A DNA stretch of 61,563 nucleotides, counting the filler. It is 8 parts of 8 records of this genome, joined end to end, with 100 filler letters (N's around TTAATTAATTAA, not from the genome) between each part and the next. Parts side by side here need not be neighbours in the genome. Positions count along the whole stretch, not along the records: positions 41,348 to 48,184 come from SRR31147125_71347; positions 48,285 to 61,563 come from SRR31147125_71355; 6 more parts are not named here. The stretch is one strand, 5' to 3'. Shown one piece after another: positions 41,348 to 52,573 of this stretch. Position 1 is the stretch's first letter; every line of letters begins with the position of its first letter. Made by a program: the position numbers and the translations under genes. The notes beneath the pieces were generated by a model. That model did not search any database, was not told the DNA's origin, and saw only the letters and a list, made by a program, of their open reading frames with translations.

Positions 41348-41551
41348 TTTTCCGTAGGAGTAACGGTCAAGCTTGTCAAACGCCCTGCAGAACAGGTCCT
41401 GCGTCATATCCGCCGCATCATCGACGGAGCCACTGGAGCGCAGCATCAGGTTGTAGATCTGCAACTGATAACGATCGACGATGACCGCGAATACATCCGT
41501 ATCACCGTCGCGAATACGTTCGATCAGCTCATTGTCGGAGATATCCGTCAA
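41348..41551 (-). CDS. ECF RNA polymerase sigma factor, 3' truncated
   Basis: SDNELIERIRDGDTDVFAVIVDRYQ...DAADMTQDLF (region 2). TTG start with GGGGAG RBS. Confidence 0.85.
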
Positions 41552-41631
41552 GATTACTCCCCACCCTATAATTGAATAAACGGCTGACGACTCAAAAGGT
41601 CACAAAGAAAATGAACCGTACCTGGTCACGA

Positions 41632-42608
41632 TTAAGTCACGAAAAAGCTGACTGACTCTTCGAGCGTCAGTTTCTTCCCTTTAATCTCCACAAAGTGCGG
41701 TTCGGAAAACCAGCTCACACCGATCATTTCGGGTTCGATTCCCGGGAACGTATCGAGAAGGTACCGGCGAATGGAAAGCGCCCTTTCCCGGGCCAGATCC
41801 CTGTCGTCTTTCTGGTAGACGAGAACCTGCAATGTGCCTTTACCACGCTTCTCGTGAATCTTACCGATCAGCTTCAGGGACGCAAAACTCGACGGCTCGA
41901 GCATTCCGGTTAATGGTCTGAACGAGATCTTTTCTACAGTCACCGTTCGCGGTCCGATCCGGTAATTCCTGAACGAAAAGTCCTCCAACAGATTGAGGTA
42001 TTCGGTTGCCAGGCGGGAGTGCGGTCCCGACGGGTATATCGACAGATAACGCTGCCACCCTGCGTGTTCCTCGTCGGATCGCCCCTGTATATGAAAAATA
42101 AGTGAGCGGTTGTAGAGAGATTCCGGGCTGGCTGGCCAGATCTTGAGAGACCGGTCGTACAAGGCAAGTGCCTTCTCGTACTCTTTTTTCCGGAACTCGA
42201 CATGACCGAGATAGATAATAGACTGCAGGTGCTTTGTATCCAGTTCGAGTGCCCGTCGATAGCTCGCCTCCTCGTTCTCCCGAACTCCAAGAGCCCCGTA
42301 AGCGACGCCGGACCAGAACTGATAGTCGGGGTTATCCGCATCGAGATCCGCGGCCTGCGCCAGATGCAGGGAGGCCGGGGGATAATCGCCGTTTATAAGC
42401 AGGAATCGCCCATAGTAGTAGTTGGCCGTCGCACTTTCCGGGCATTTATCAACTTCTGCAGCAAAACGCTGCAAACCCTGGTCATATTTTTTATTGCTCA
42501 GGTAATAGTCCCCCCTGACATTGTGTCCGAAGGAGTTCATGTACGTGGCAGAGCACCCCCGAGCAGGGTGATCAGCACAAGCAGACCGATTGTTCTCAGT
42601 AGTACCAT
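41632..42608 (-). CDS. TPR lipoprotein with degenerate OmpA-like C-terminal domain (1-nt frameshift in the G-run ~42558)
   Basis: Restoring one G gives the lipobox MVLLRTIGLLVLITLLGG|CSAT. TPR helices follow, with C-terminal LARERALSIRRYL. Confidence 0.7.
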
Positions 42609-42833
42609 GGTATATTCCGATTCGTTTGACGAGAGTTATTCTCATTCCGTTCCCACATTGTATAAGGCTATCACTGAACAGCCGTAGACTTCAAGGTGCA
42701 AAATCATCTTTTTTGCACACATCCGGAATAGACCAATGCTTTCAATATGATGAAAGTATCCAGGGTGCTTACAATTGCCCGGGAGACCGGATCCTTACCA
42801 CATGGTCCGCTCCTCGCCTCTAGTCGCCCAAGC

Positions 42834-42867
42834 AAAAAAAGCCGGTCAATCACATGACCGGCTTTTT
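42834..42867 (-). terminator. Rho-independent terminator after the retention-module mini-gene
   Basis: AAAAAAAGCCGGTCA-ATCACA-TGACCGGCTTTTT. Confidence 0.85.
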
Positions 42868-42893
42868 CCTGTATATGGAGTCGGAAAATACTG

Positions 42894-43412
42894 TCAGGAA
42901 GCATCCTCCGGTGGGGGAATCAGGTTTGACAGGTCGAGATCGTCATCGAGCGCCCCGAACCCGTCATCTCCGTCGTCAACGGTGACAACATCTGCCGCAT
43001 CACTGCCGATCTCAGAATTCACATCGGCGGAAACCATTGCACTATCATCACTTTCCGGAAGATCAGCGGGAGCGATGTCCCCGATCTCCATCAGCGGCTC
43101 GATAGCTTCCCAGTCCGCCAGCAGATCGGCAACCAGCCCCACCTCAACAGCAACATCGCCCAGATCGGGCAACGTCGCACCGACCACATCATCATCAATA
43201 ACCATTTTGCTCATACGTCCTACATCCAGTTGAGGGGTGTCTCCGTCGGTGAAAATAATAGACACTTCACCGTTGTTGCCGGTGTCAATCCGGTCGTCGA
43301 GGTGAATCGGGCCGTTCGGTTTGAGCGCCATGCTCACACCGTTGGCCGACTCCAGTACAACCTGGCCGTTTACAACGATCGCCTGACCGATGTGATGTTG
43401 CTCAGTCATCAT
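42894..43412 (-). CDS. Stand-alone LapA-type retention-module protein with acidic tail
   Basis: GGAGG RBS. IGQAIVVNGQV...LKPNGPIHLDDRIDTG..GEVSIIFTDG..LDVGR.S.MVIDDDV resembles the LapA N-terminal retention module. The C-terminus DLSNLIPPPEDAS resembles that of the upstream adhesin. Confidence 0.75.
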   Translation of the reverse strand: MMTEQHHIGQAIVVNGQVVLESANGVSMALKPNGPIHLDDRIDTGNNGEVSIIFTDGDTPQLDVGRMSKMVIDDDVVGATLPDLGDVAVEVGLVADLLADWEAIEPLMEIGDIAPADLPESDDSAMVSADVNSEIGSDAADVVTVDDGDDGFGALDDDLDLSNLIPPPEDAS

Positions 43413-43590
43413 TGGTTATACCTCCATGTAGTCAATCCCGACTGAAACTCTCCCATTTATAGCATCCAATATAACATGATAATAGGCACTTAACACGTAT
43501 TAATTACCGTATTCCCCCGTATAATCCAATTTTTTGAATCTCTCTCCGGAGGCGGTAAAACAGCCTTCCACAACGGCATCGTTACTACAA

Positions 43591-43621
43591 CCCAGCCGGC
43601 CAGCAGAACTGACCGGCTGGG
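43591..43621 (-). terminator. Probable terminator hairpin after the adhesin gene
   Basis: CCCAGCCGGCCAG-CAGAA-CTGACCGGCTGGG stem with a weak U-tract. Confidence 0.55.
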
Positions 43622-43652
43622 GATACCGCTCTTCGGATGAATGAGATTGAGG

Positions 43653-46600
43653 TTACGGGGTGCCTCCATCTTCGGGAATCAGCAGCGTTAGCAAGTCTTC
43701 CCCACTTACATCGCCTTCATCAAGCTGGCTTTCCACCTCTTCGACGTCTTCATTATTTGCAGTATCGTCAACGGAAGTGTCATTATCAACACCAGTACTT
43801 CCACCATCTAAATCGTCCTCGACACCATCATCAACGATATCTACCGCATCTCCCGGGTCAGAATCGGGATCATCACCATCGATAATCTCTATCGCATCAC
43901 CGACGAGCAGATCACTGTCTCCTTCCCCGTCGAGATCATCGTCTCCGGTCCCGCCAACCAGGACGTCATCCCCGCTGCCACCGTCGACCATATCGTCTCC
44001 TTCCTGTGCGAAGGTGATATCGTCGCCGTCACCACCATCGATGGTATCGTCTCCGCCACTGCGGGTATCATCAAACGAATCGTCCGGATCGCCGCCCTCG
44101 TCAGACTCCTGGGCCAGTTCAGCGGCATTCTCCTCAATATAGCGGATCGTATCGGTCCTCGACCATTCATCATAGGTAGTCGTTGTTCCATCAGCCCACG
44201 AATGACTGCCAGTACCGCCGTTGCCCTCGAGTTCCTCGAAGACCTCCCAACCGGCGCCGAGATTGGTATCCAACCCGGCATTTTCGGCAAGGGTATCAGT
44301 AAACAGCGCGTCACCGAAGATCAGGTCGTCACCGTCACCGCCAATGATGGTATCATCGCCGACATTGGCAAGCTCATCGGTCGTGAAGATTAGATCAGAC
44401 AACGTTTCGTACAGGCCCTCTCCTGATGTGGTAATTGCATCCCCTTCGTCAATCAAATCGAGGTTCTCAAGATCGGGATCAGTCCCGATTCCGATAGCCT
44501 TTAACCGTCCCCAGTCATCGAGGGCAGCGACTTCAGATGCTGAATCTGACCAGGGACCGTGAGTCACATTTCCACCTGGTCCTGGAGGATTATACGTGTG
44601 CGATGAGGTATCTATCCCCAAAATCTGATCCATGGCGATATCTTCTGAATAACTGGAGTCAAATCCATGATAATCCGAGTCTTCGCCGCCTTGGTCATCG
44701 ATCCAATGGTTTGGATTGCCGTCTGTGATAAACAACGTGACGTTATTTGCACCGTCAAGAGGGCCTCCCGAAGTTTCATCAACAGCTATCCACTCCAGCG
44801 CCTGTTGCATACCAGCCTCATAGTTTGTGCCAGTCTGCGGTTCCAGATCTGAAATTTGAGATTTAATGTCACTGACCAGGAGACTTCCATCCGCAGCAAA
44901 CAAGTCATAGGTACCTGCGTAGCCGGTATTTCCTGCGCCAACAGTTCCAGTCCCATTTAACTGGCTGAATTCTACAATGTGAATCCGGACCTGCTCAGCA
45001 TTGCTGACCTGAAGATCATCGATCAGGTTGTTAACAGCATTCTGAAGATGTTCGATCCGATCGGGATCGTCAAATGCCATACTCCCGGATGTATCGAGAA
45101 TAAGCATCAGGTTCAGGGCTGACCCAACGCCGCCGATACCGCCCACATCACCGATCAAGATATCGTTTCCGGCACCACCGTCAATGATACCATAATCGTT
45201 TCCGTCGGCGCCCTCACCGACCTCGTAAGTGGTCTGGCTGCCGGCAGTGTCGGAGACATTCTGGCCTACGATCAGCTTGTTCTCTATCACTTTCAGAGTG
45301 CCCTGAGCAGTGTCACCGTCAGCGTCGGTGATCTCGTAAGTGATCTCAGTTTCACCGGACCAATCTTCATCGGGCGTGAACACGACCGTGCCGTCGACAA
45401 CCTCAAATTTCCCGTCTGCATCGTCAAGCAGCGTTATAGTAGTAGGAATATCCGGCCCGTCTGCACCGTACTCGCTGAGCAGATCGAATTCAACGGTATG
45501 CTCTGTTCCAACAAAGTCGTCTTCAGCGCCGGTATAGGAGCTGTAGCCAAATGTATAACCAACCTGGCTTTCGGTGACCGGTACGTCGTCCTGAACCTCG
45601 ACCACGAAGGTGCCGGCATTTGCGTTGACAGCGTCACCGTCGAAATCGGTGGCAAGAATTACCTCGGAAAGATCGATTCCATCTACCGGTTCGCCATCCG
45701 TCTGCAGTTCATAATTCTCGTCGTTTCCTTCTACATGGTTAAGCTGCCCCTGGAGATCGAAGTCCCAGGAACCGTCCTCATCCACGGTGAAAGTGAATAC
45801 CGGATCTCCGCCGATACCGGCAGTGGCCGTCAGTATCGACTCAGTGCCAACCTGGCTGAAACTGTAGGAAAGTGCCACTGGCTGTTGTGTATTTTCATCA
45901 TATCCCGAGTAGAGGGTCGGCAGATTGTCGATGGCCGTCGGATCGAGGGAGAATTTTAGTTCCTCATCCGCACCGACCAAGAACAGGTTGGCCAGATTCT
46001 CGCTCTCGGTACCGTCATCGGAATCTTCGTCCCCATTCAGCGCAGGATCACCCGATCCGTCGGTAGAGTCGTTATAAGGAGCATCCGTGCTCATATCGTC
46101 TTCAATCACCTCGGCAGAGATGAGGGGCTGCGTTCCAGTTGAATAGTACTCAGACAGAAGATCGACGAGCTGTTGGGAGGTGGTGATGTTGTCGGCTACA
46201 CCGGACGAATCTAATGTACCCAACTGGGCAAGATCTGTGGCATCGGTCAGACCGATACCAACCGCCTGAACCTCGCCGCCAGAATTCACCGCCCAATCAT
46301 TCAGATCAGTAAATGCAGCCTGGGCCTCAGCGAGTCCGGTCGAGTAAAGCTTCCACCGGGACCGGCTAGCTCACCGGTACTGTTGGAACCATCAAGAGTA
46401 TACACTTCAGGGGCATCGCCATTATCGTTACTGTAGTAGAAGGTCGGTTCGCCATCGGAGATAAATATCACCTCATTGACAACCTCCTGTCCAGCATCGA
46501 CGTTCCCGACGCCTGCCACGAGTTGGTCACCATTTTCCGTCCAGTAAACGGCCTGCTTGATAGCTGCCTCCCAGTTGGTTCCGCCGTTGGTATTCAACTC

Positions 46601-48184
46601 TGCAGAGACCGCTGCCTGGGCGGCCACCACGGTTGAAACAACCTCACCACCTGCAACCCGAATATCATAGGTAACCGCTTGCGGATTGCCGTCGACAACA
46701 GATGCGTCGGTAGAAAACTGGACCATGTGGACGCGAATATTGGCAGCACTCGAGCCACCGAGTTGATCAAGGAGATCATTAACCGCATTTCTCATTGCAT
46801 CAAGTCTGGTCTCCCCACCAATGTTTGCGTCCATACTGTTCGACTCATCCATGATGATGACGAGATTAAGATTGAGCGGTACATCATCAGCCGGTGTTTT
46901 AGCGACGGGGATATCATCGGCAACCTCAACCTGAACTTTATCGTCTACTTCACCGGTCTGAGCATCAACCTCACCAAAGGCCACCGCATCACCATCGGCA
47001 TCGATCGCCTGCATTGCAACACCGAGGTTCAGAGTCAAACCGTTTTCTACGGCCAGACGCGTTTCGGCAGGATCATCCTCCAACGGTGTAGCATGGTCAA
47101 GCTGATCGTAAAGCGTGAAGTCGTAGCTGCCATCGCTCTGGTCCAATTCAACCTTGAACACCTCGCGTCCGCCGGCTGATGCCGTCAGCGTATCACCGGC
47201 AGCATCGATTTCGTAGGAAACCTGATCGCCCTTTGAATACAGGTCATTTGCCGACTTCAGCGCTGTATCCACATCTTCAACAAATGCGTAGGTCAGTTCC
47301 TCGTCTGCGCCGACCGTTACCAGAGCTGACAGGTCGCCGGAATCAGTGACGTCGTTGTCCGGGTCAAAATCGACATCGCCGGTATCATCCGGATTACCGT
47401 CAGATCCCTCAACCCCGTCGGGGCCCACGTAATCAGGATCAAAATTGTCGAGCATCTCTTCTTCAACCATCAGAAAATCTGCGCTACCGTTGAGTATCGG
47501 TACATCGTTCTCGACCGTAATGGCAATTTTCCCGGCAAAGGTCTCGCTGTCGGCCATGTCGCCGTCGAAGTCAGTAACACCGGCCTGAATATACTTGCCG
47601 AAGTCATCGACAACCAAAGTGCCGTCATCGCCTGCTGCATCATCGTCGGACGTACCGAATATACCATCGTCACCGGGGAGACCGTGATCGAGTTGATCTT
47701 CAAGGTCAAAGGTAAGCGATCCGGTTGAGCTCAGCACGCTCACCGTGAATACCACTGTACCGTTGGAATCTGCAGTTCCGTTGTTCCCGGTACGAGCCAC
47801 CAGGTTATCGCCCTCCTTGAAGTAGTAGATAGATTCTCCACCATCAGTGGTCTGCTCGGACTTGCCGAGTTGCTCGCCATCCGCACCGACAATACCGTAT
47901 GTAATGCCTTCCTCCTCTGAACCTTCAAGCTCATCAGCACCGATGGAGGAGTCGGCTATCAGACTGGAGAGTTCAACCGTTACCGTGTCGGTATCGCGTT
48001 CGACATCATCAACATTTCCAAGCGACGAGTCACTGTCAGCATCATTATTATCGTTGTTAAGCGGATTGTTATCATCATCCGGGTCAATCACATCGTTGTC
48101 GATACCAAGCGCATCTTCGTAAACTGTACCAGATGCAATACCTTCGACTGTGAACTCAGGAACATCGTCGACTACCGTCACCGT
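43653..48184 (-). CDS. Giant type I-secreted RTX adhesin (T1SS-143/DUF5801-like repeats, two vWA domains, cadherin-like repeat), 5' truncated, 1-nt frameshift ~46347
   Basis: Three repeats of VF...GS..F.L..QL.H...DGD...(D/N)D(V/I)P, MIDAS motifs DESNS and DTSGS, and GGxGxD nonapeptides. Restoring one T joins the two ORFs (SFYSTGLAEAQAAFTDLNDWAVNSGGE). Confidence 0.9.
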
Positions 48185-48284
48185 NNNNNNNNNNNNNNNN
48201 NNNNNNNNNNNNNNNNNNNNNNNNNNNNTTAATTAATTAANNNNNNNNNNNNNNNNNNNNNNNNNNNNNNNNNNNNNNNNNNNN
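48185..48284. other. Artificial contig spacer
   Basis: N44-TTAATTAATTAA-N44. Confidence 0.98.
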
Positions 48285-48312
48285 ACGAGCTACCGAACTG
48301 CTCCACCCCGCG
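48285..48312 (-). tRNA. 5' part of initiator tRNA-Met (truncated by contig end)
   Basis: The minus strand reads CGCGGGGTGGAGCAGTTCGGTAGCTCGT, matching the tRNA-fMet acceptor strand and D-arm. The anticodon is not visible. Confidence 0.85.
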
Positions 48313-48325
48313 TTGGAAGACCGTC

Positions 48326-48353
48326 AATATAGCACGAGGCAGAAGAAAGTCAA
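48326..48353 (-). promoter_or_regulatory. Sigma-70 promoter of the tRNA gene
   Basis: TTGACT-N16-TATATT with an extended TG, 13 nt before the tRNA 5' end. Confidence 0.7.
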
Positions 48354-48359
48354 TCAGTT

Positions 48360-48824
48360 TTAGCGCACATGCGCGCTTTTTCCTTCCGCAACAAATGGTT
48401 GCAGTTTTTCGTGAAGTGGAGCCGGGATGCGGACGAGACCGCCTTTCCTGGTGACGGCGGCGTGGGTGGTGTATCCTTTTACCAGCAGGGTCGGCCGGGA
48501 GCGGTTCTCGTCTTGTCTGGTGATCCGGTAGTCGAACCGGCAGGTGTAGGTGGTCAGCCGGGTGACGGATGCTTCGAGTCTCAGGAGGTCATCGTAGAAT
48601 GCGGGTGCCTTGTAGCGGGCATAGCATTCGGTGACTGGCAGGATAATGCCCTGGTCTTCGATTTCGCGGTACGAGCACACCTTGTCGCGCATGAACTCGG
48701 TCCGGGCAATTTCGAACAGGCGCAGGTAATTGGCGTTGTACACCACGCCTCCCGCATCGGTGTCTCCATACAATACCCTGTATTCGCAGGACATACGGGT
48801 ATTATCGGTATCGGGTGGCGTCAT
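48360..48824 (-). CDS. Acyl-CoA thioesterase, YbgC/FadM family
   Basis: RVLYGDTDAGGVVYNANYLRLFEIARTE and YKAPAFYDD. Confidence 0.92.
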   Translation of the reverse strand: MTPPDTDNTRMSCEYRVLYGDTDAGGVVYNANYLRLFEIARTEFMRDKVCSYREIEDQGIILPVTECYARYKAPAFYDDLLRLEASVTRLTTYTCRFDYRITRQDENRSRPTLLVKGYTTHAAVTRKGGLVRIPAPLHEKLQPFVAEGKSAHVR

Positions 48825-48825
48825 C

Positions 48826-50036
48826 TCAGCCGTCGCGCTGGAGCAGGTGGTTGATCAGCCTGTACCCGTCCGTCCTGATCAGATTGTCACTGACTCTCAG
48901 GATTTCCTCGTCGTATGAACGGTTCGAGCGTTCTGCCGTCTCGCGGGAGTCGTAGAGGACGGCGGGGACTGGCTCGGCCGTATGTGTTCGTATCGCCAGC
49001 GGCGTGAAATGATCCATCGTGACGACGACTCGGAACTCATCGTTGCGGAAGTGCAGGGCTTCGGTGATTGCGCCGACGATTTTGCGGTCGAAATCCTCGA
49101 TCGCCTGAATCTTGTGATCGGTTCGCCCCTGGTGACCGGCTTCGTCGGGCGCCTCCAGGTGGACGAAGACGAAATCCTCAGTTTCGAGCGCGTCGAGCGC
49201 TGCCTGTGCCTTACCCTCGTAGTTGGTGTCGATGTAGCCGGTTGCGCCTTCTACCTCGGCGACGTTCAGGCCGGTGCAGACACCAAGGCCGTTGAGGAGA
49301 TCCACTGCCGAGATCATCGTCCCGGCGATGCCGAATCTCTGATTCAGCGACGGCATGGTCGGCATCTTGCCGCTTCCCCACGGCCAGATGCAGGTGGCAG
49401 GAGGTGTCCGTTGTCGATCCGCCGCCGATTGACCGAATGGTCGGCCAGGACCTGCTGGGCGGTGAGCATCAGGTTCTTCCACTCAGAATCTGAAAGATAG
49501 GCTTGATACGGCTCGGATACGCTCTTGCCGATAAAGTCGTGCGGGGGAACCGTGGTCGTGTCCGGGATCGGGTCCTGGACGACAAGCAGGTGCCGGTAGC
49601 AGATCCCGGTATGGAAGCGAAAGCGCTCGCTGCCGCATTCTTTCTGCAGGGCCTCGATCAGTTGGGAGGCCTCCGCGGTGGAGATGTGACCGGCGGAGAA
49701 ATCGACCATGGTGGTCTGGCCGGGTTCATGATCAACGGTTACCAGGTTGCAGCGGAAAGCGGTTTCTCCGGGGCCGATATCGACGCCCATGCTGGCGGCT
49801 TCGAGCGGAGCCCGGCCGGTATAGTAGTGCGCAGGGTCGTACCCCAGCAGAGACATGTTGGCGACGTCGCTGCCCGGGGGGTAGCCGTCGGGAACGGTAG
49901 CGACTTCGAGTATTTCCCCTGTGCGGCACAACGCGTCAATGGACGGGGTGGCGGCGGCCTGCAGAGGTGTCTTGTTGCCGAGTTCGGCGAGGGGGTGATC
50001 TCCCATGCCGTCACCGACCAGAAGCAGATATTTCAT
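48826..50036 (-). CDS. apgM: Cofactor-independent phosphoglycerate mutase, ApgM type (1-nt frameshift ~49400)
   Basis: MKYLLLVGDGMGD, PGSDVANMS and YTGRAPLEAAS. After the shift come IWPWG, HLEAPDEAGH and DHFTP. Adjacent to hom. Confidence 0.92.
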
Positions 50037-50059
50037 GAGTGTCTCAACCGGAAAGGGAA

Positions 50060-51367
50060 TCAGTCGTCGTTTATCAGCACACGGATCTTGACGGTTGGCT
50101 CGGTACAAAAATCGAGTGCGTCGATCTCCGCGACGGCTTTCTGCACCGCGGCCTCCGAAGCCATGTGGATGCGGAGGACGACATGGACCGGTTCACCCGG
50201 CTGTTGTCCCTTCTGGATCACGGAGCGGATCGATATGTCGTATGTGCCGAGGATGCCCGAGATCTTTGAGAGAACCCCCGGCTCGTCGAGCACGGTCACC
50301 CGGAAATAATACGGACAGGTTAATTCGCCCATCGGGGTGATTTTAGGTTCGGTGAATTGCTCCGGGAGATAGGACAGAGCCGGCACCCGGTTGACCGAAG
50401 AGGCAAGGATGTTGCGGGCGATGTCGACCACATCGGCCGCCACCGCGCTACCGGTCGGCATCATGCCGGCACCGTGACCGTAGAACAGGACGTCGTCGAC
50501 CGTGTCACCGGTAAACTGGATCGCGTTGAACGAGCCGTTGATGTTGGCCAGCATTGAGTCGGCCGGCACCATGGTCGGGTGTACCCGGGCCTCGACGTGC
50601 TCGCCGTGGTTGCGGCTTATCGCGAGCAGCTTGATGCGATAGCCGAACTCTTTGGCGAAGTCGATGTCGATGGGCTTGATGCTGCTGATCCCCTCCACCG
50701 AGATGTCGTCGAGATGGACATGCTGGCCGTATGCGATGCTCATTAGGATCGCGAGCTTGTGGGCGGTGTCGATTCCCTCGATATCGTAGGTCGGGTCGGC
50801 CTCGGCGAAACCCTTATCCTGGGCGTCCTTGAGTACCTCGTCAAACGGTGTACCGTGTTCGGTCATCATGGTCAGGATGTAGTTGGCGGTGCCGTTCATG
50901 ATCCCGCGAATCACATCGATGCGGTTTGCCACCAGCCCCTCTTTGAGGGCCTTGATGACAGGGATGCCGCCGCCGACGCTCGCCTCGAATCCCACTTCGA
51001 CGTTGTTGGCGATTGCGGCTTCGAAGATTTCCCTGCCGTGGATGGAGAGCAGGGCCTTGTTGGCGGTGATCACATGCTTGCCCCGGCGGATCGCCTTGAG
51101 CATGAACGATTTGGCCGGCTCGATGCCGCCGATCAGTTCGATGACGATGTTTATATCGTCGTCGTTGAAGATATCGTTGGCGTCATTGGAAAGCGTGACT
51201 CCGTCGAACCCGGTGGGTAGCGAGGTGATGTTGATGTCGGCTACCCGGGTCAGTTCGATGGGTACGCCGACCTTCTGTGTGAGCCTGTCATACTGGGAAC
51301 GAAGGGTCTGGGCGAGGCCGCTGCCGACGGTTCCGAATCCGATTAATCCAACGCAGATTTTATCCAT
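50060..51367 (-). CDS. hom: Homoserine dehydrogenase with ACT domain
   Basis: GFGTVGSG, TANKAL, EASVGGGIP, NGTANYIL, GFAEADPT and a C-terminal ACT domain. Confidence 0.97.
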   Translation of the reverse strand: MDKICVGLIGFGTVGSGLAQTLRSQYDRLTQKVGVPIELTRVADINITSLPTGFDGVTLSNDANDIFNDDDINIVIELIGGIEPAKSFMLKAIRRGKHVITANKALLSIHGREIFEAAIANNVEVGFEASVGGGIPVIKALKEGLVANRIDVIRGIMNGTANYILTMMTEHGTPFDEVLKDAQDKGFAEADPTYDIEGIDTAHKLAILMSIAYGQHVHLDDISVEGISSIKPIDIDFAKEFGYRIKLLAISRNHGEHVEARVHPTMVPADSMLANINGSFNAIQFTGDTVDDVLFYGHGAGMMPTGSAVAADVVDIARNILASSVNRVPALSYLPEQFTEPKITPMGELTCPYYFRVTVLDEPGVLSKISGILGTYDISIRSVIQKGQQPGEPVHVVLRIHMASEAAVQKAVAEIDALDFCTEPTVKIRVLINDD

Positions 51368-51459
51368 GATGAGTACGATTTGTGTTCGGGTTTGCAGAAA
51401 ATGTGCGGCCCTTGCGGCCGACACGAAACAGCCGGAATCCCCGACCGCATGGTCAGCCA

Positions 51460-51488
51460 AAAGTACCCATTATCAGGACGAAAGTCAA
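51460..51488 (-). promoter_or_regulatory. Candidate sigma-70 promoter for hom-apgM
   Basis: Minus-strand TTGACT-N17-TACTTT. Confidence 0.45.
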
Positions 51489-51654
51489 AAAATTAGCAGA
51501 GATATTTTGCTGGCCCGCCCCAGTCTTTTCGGCTATAATGGCAGGCTGCTCGTTTTTGGACGGATTGCGTGAGCGGCGGGCCCAGCGCCGATACAGGCGG
51601 GAGCCGGTACCCGTGTACGGGATCTGAGATTAATCTTACGGAAAGGAGAGACCC

Positions 51655-52338
51655 ATGAGCATGAATATTCTCGCGTTCGGTCCCAATGGCAGTGGAAAGG
51701 GGACCCAGGGAGCAATCGTAAAGGAGAAGTACACTATTCCGCACATTGAATCCGGTGCTATTTTCAGAGAGCATATCGGAGGCGGCACCGAACTCGGTAA
51801 AAAGGCCAAGGAATTCATCGAGCGCGGCGACCTGGTACCGGACGATATCACCATTCCGATGATGATCGAGCGGCTGAAGAAAGACGACTGTGCAGACGGC
51901 TGGGTACTCGACGGCTTTCCGCGGTCCAAGGCCCAGGCAATTACGCTGGCTGAGAACCTCAAGGCAGCAGGCATCGAGCTGGACTACGTGATCGAGATCG
52001 TGCTGGACCGTGAGATCGCCAAGGAGCGGATCATGGGACGTCGCCTCTGCGTGAACGACAACAACCATCCGAATCATATCGCCTTCGACGCGATCAAGCC
52101 GGTCGAGAAAGATGGTGTGCTCGTCTGCCGGGTCTGTGGCGGGGAACTGAAAACCAGGGCCGATGACCAGGATGTGGACGCCATCGATAAGCGTCACAAC
52201 ATCTATTACGACGACGATACGGGTACCATGGCGGCGGTGAATTACTTCAAGGGCGCCGACGGGCCGAAGGTGATCTCTGTTGACGGCTCCAAGTCGATCA
52301 AAGAGGTAACCGACGCAATTATGGCCGGTCTTAACTGA
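51655..52338 (+). CDS. adk: Adenylate kinase
   Basis: GPNGSGKGTQ, GDLVPD, LDGFPR and the sulfate-reducer-type metal-binding LID C...H...CRVC. Confidence 0.96.
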   Translation: MSMNILAFGPNGSGKGTQGAIVKEKYTIPHIESGAIFREHIGGGTELGKKAKEFIERGDLVPDDITIPMMIERLKKDDCADGWVLDGFPRSKAQAITLAENLKAAGIELDYVIEIVLDREIAKERIMGRRLCVNDNNHPNHIAFDAIKPVEKDGVLVCRVCGGELKTRADDQDVDAIDKRHNIYYDDDTGTMAAVNYFKGADGPKVISVDGSKSIKEVTDAIMAGLN

Positions 52339-52363
52339 TCATTAGTCGGTAATTGACCAGTTG

Positions 52364-52395
52364 AGGGGCGTGTTCCTGTGGAACATGCCCCTTTT
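52364..52395 (+). terminator. Rho-independent terminator after adk
   Basis: AGGGGCGTGTTCC-TGT-GGAACATGCCCCT followed by TTT. Confidence 0.85.
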
Positions 52396-52573
52396 GCCTT
52401 TTAGAGACATTTTCGCTACACTGGAATGAGGGTGTTCGCAGGGTGCCCCGGATGTATGATAGTGGTTCCGAGGCATTGAACATATAATCTGATTCAGGAA
52501 CGCATTACCCTGAAATCAAACGAATAACCGATAACACGGCCGCTTCGGACAACGGATCGGCCCTTTTTCAATT

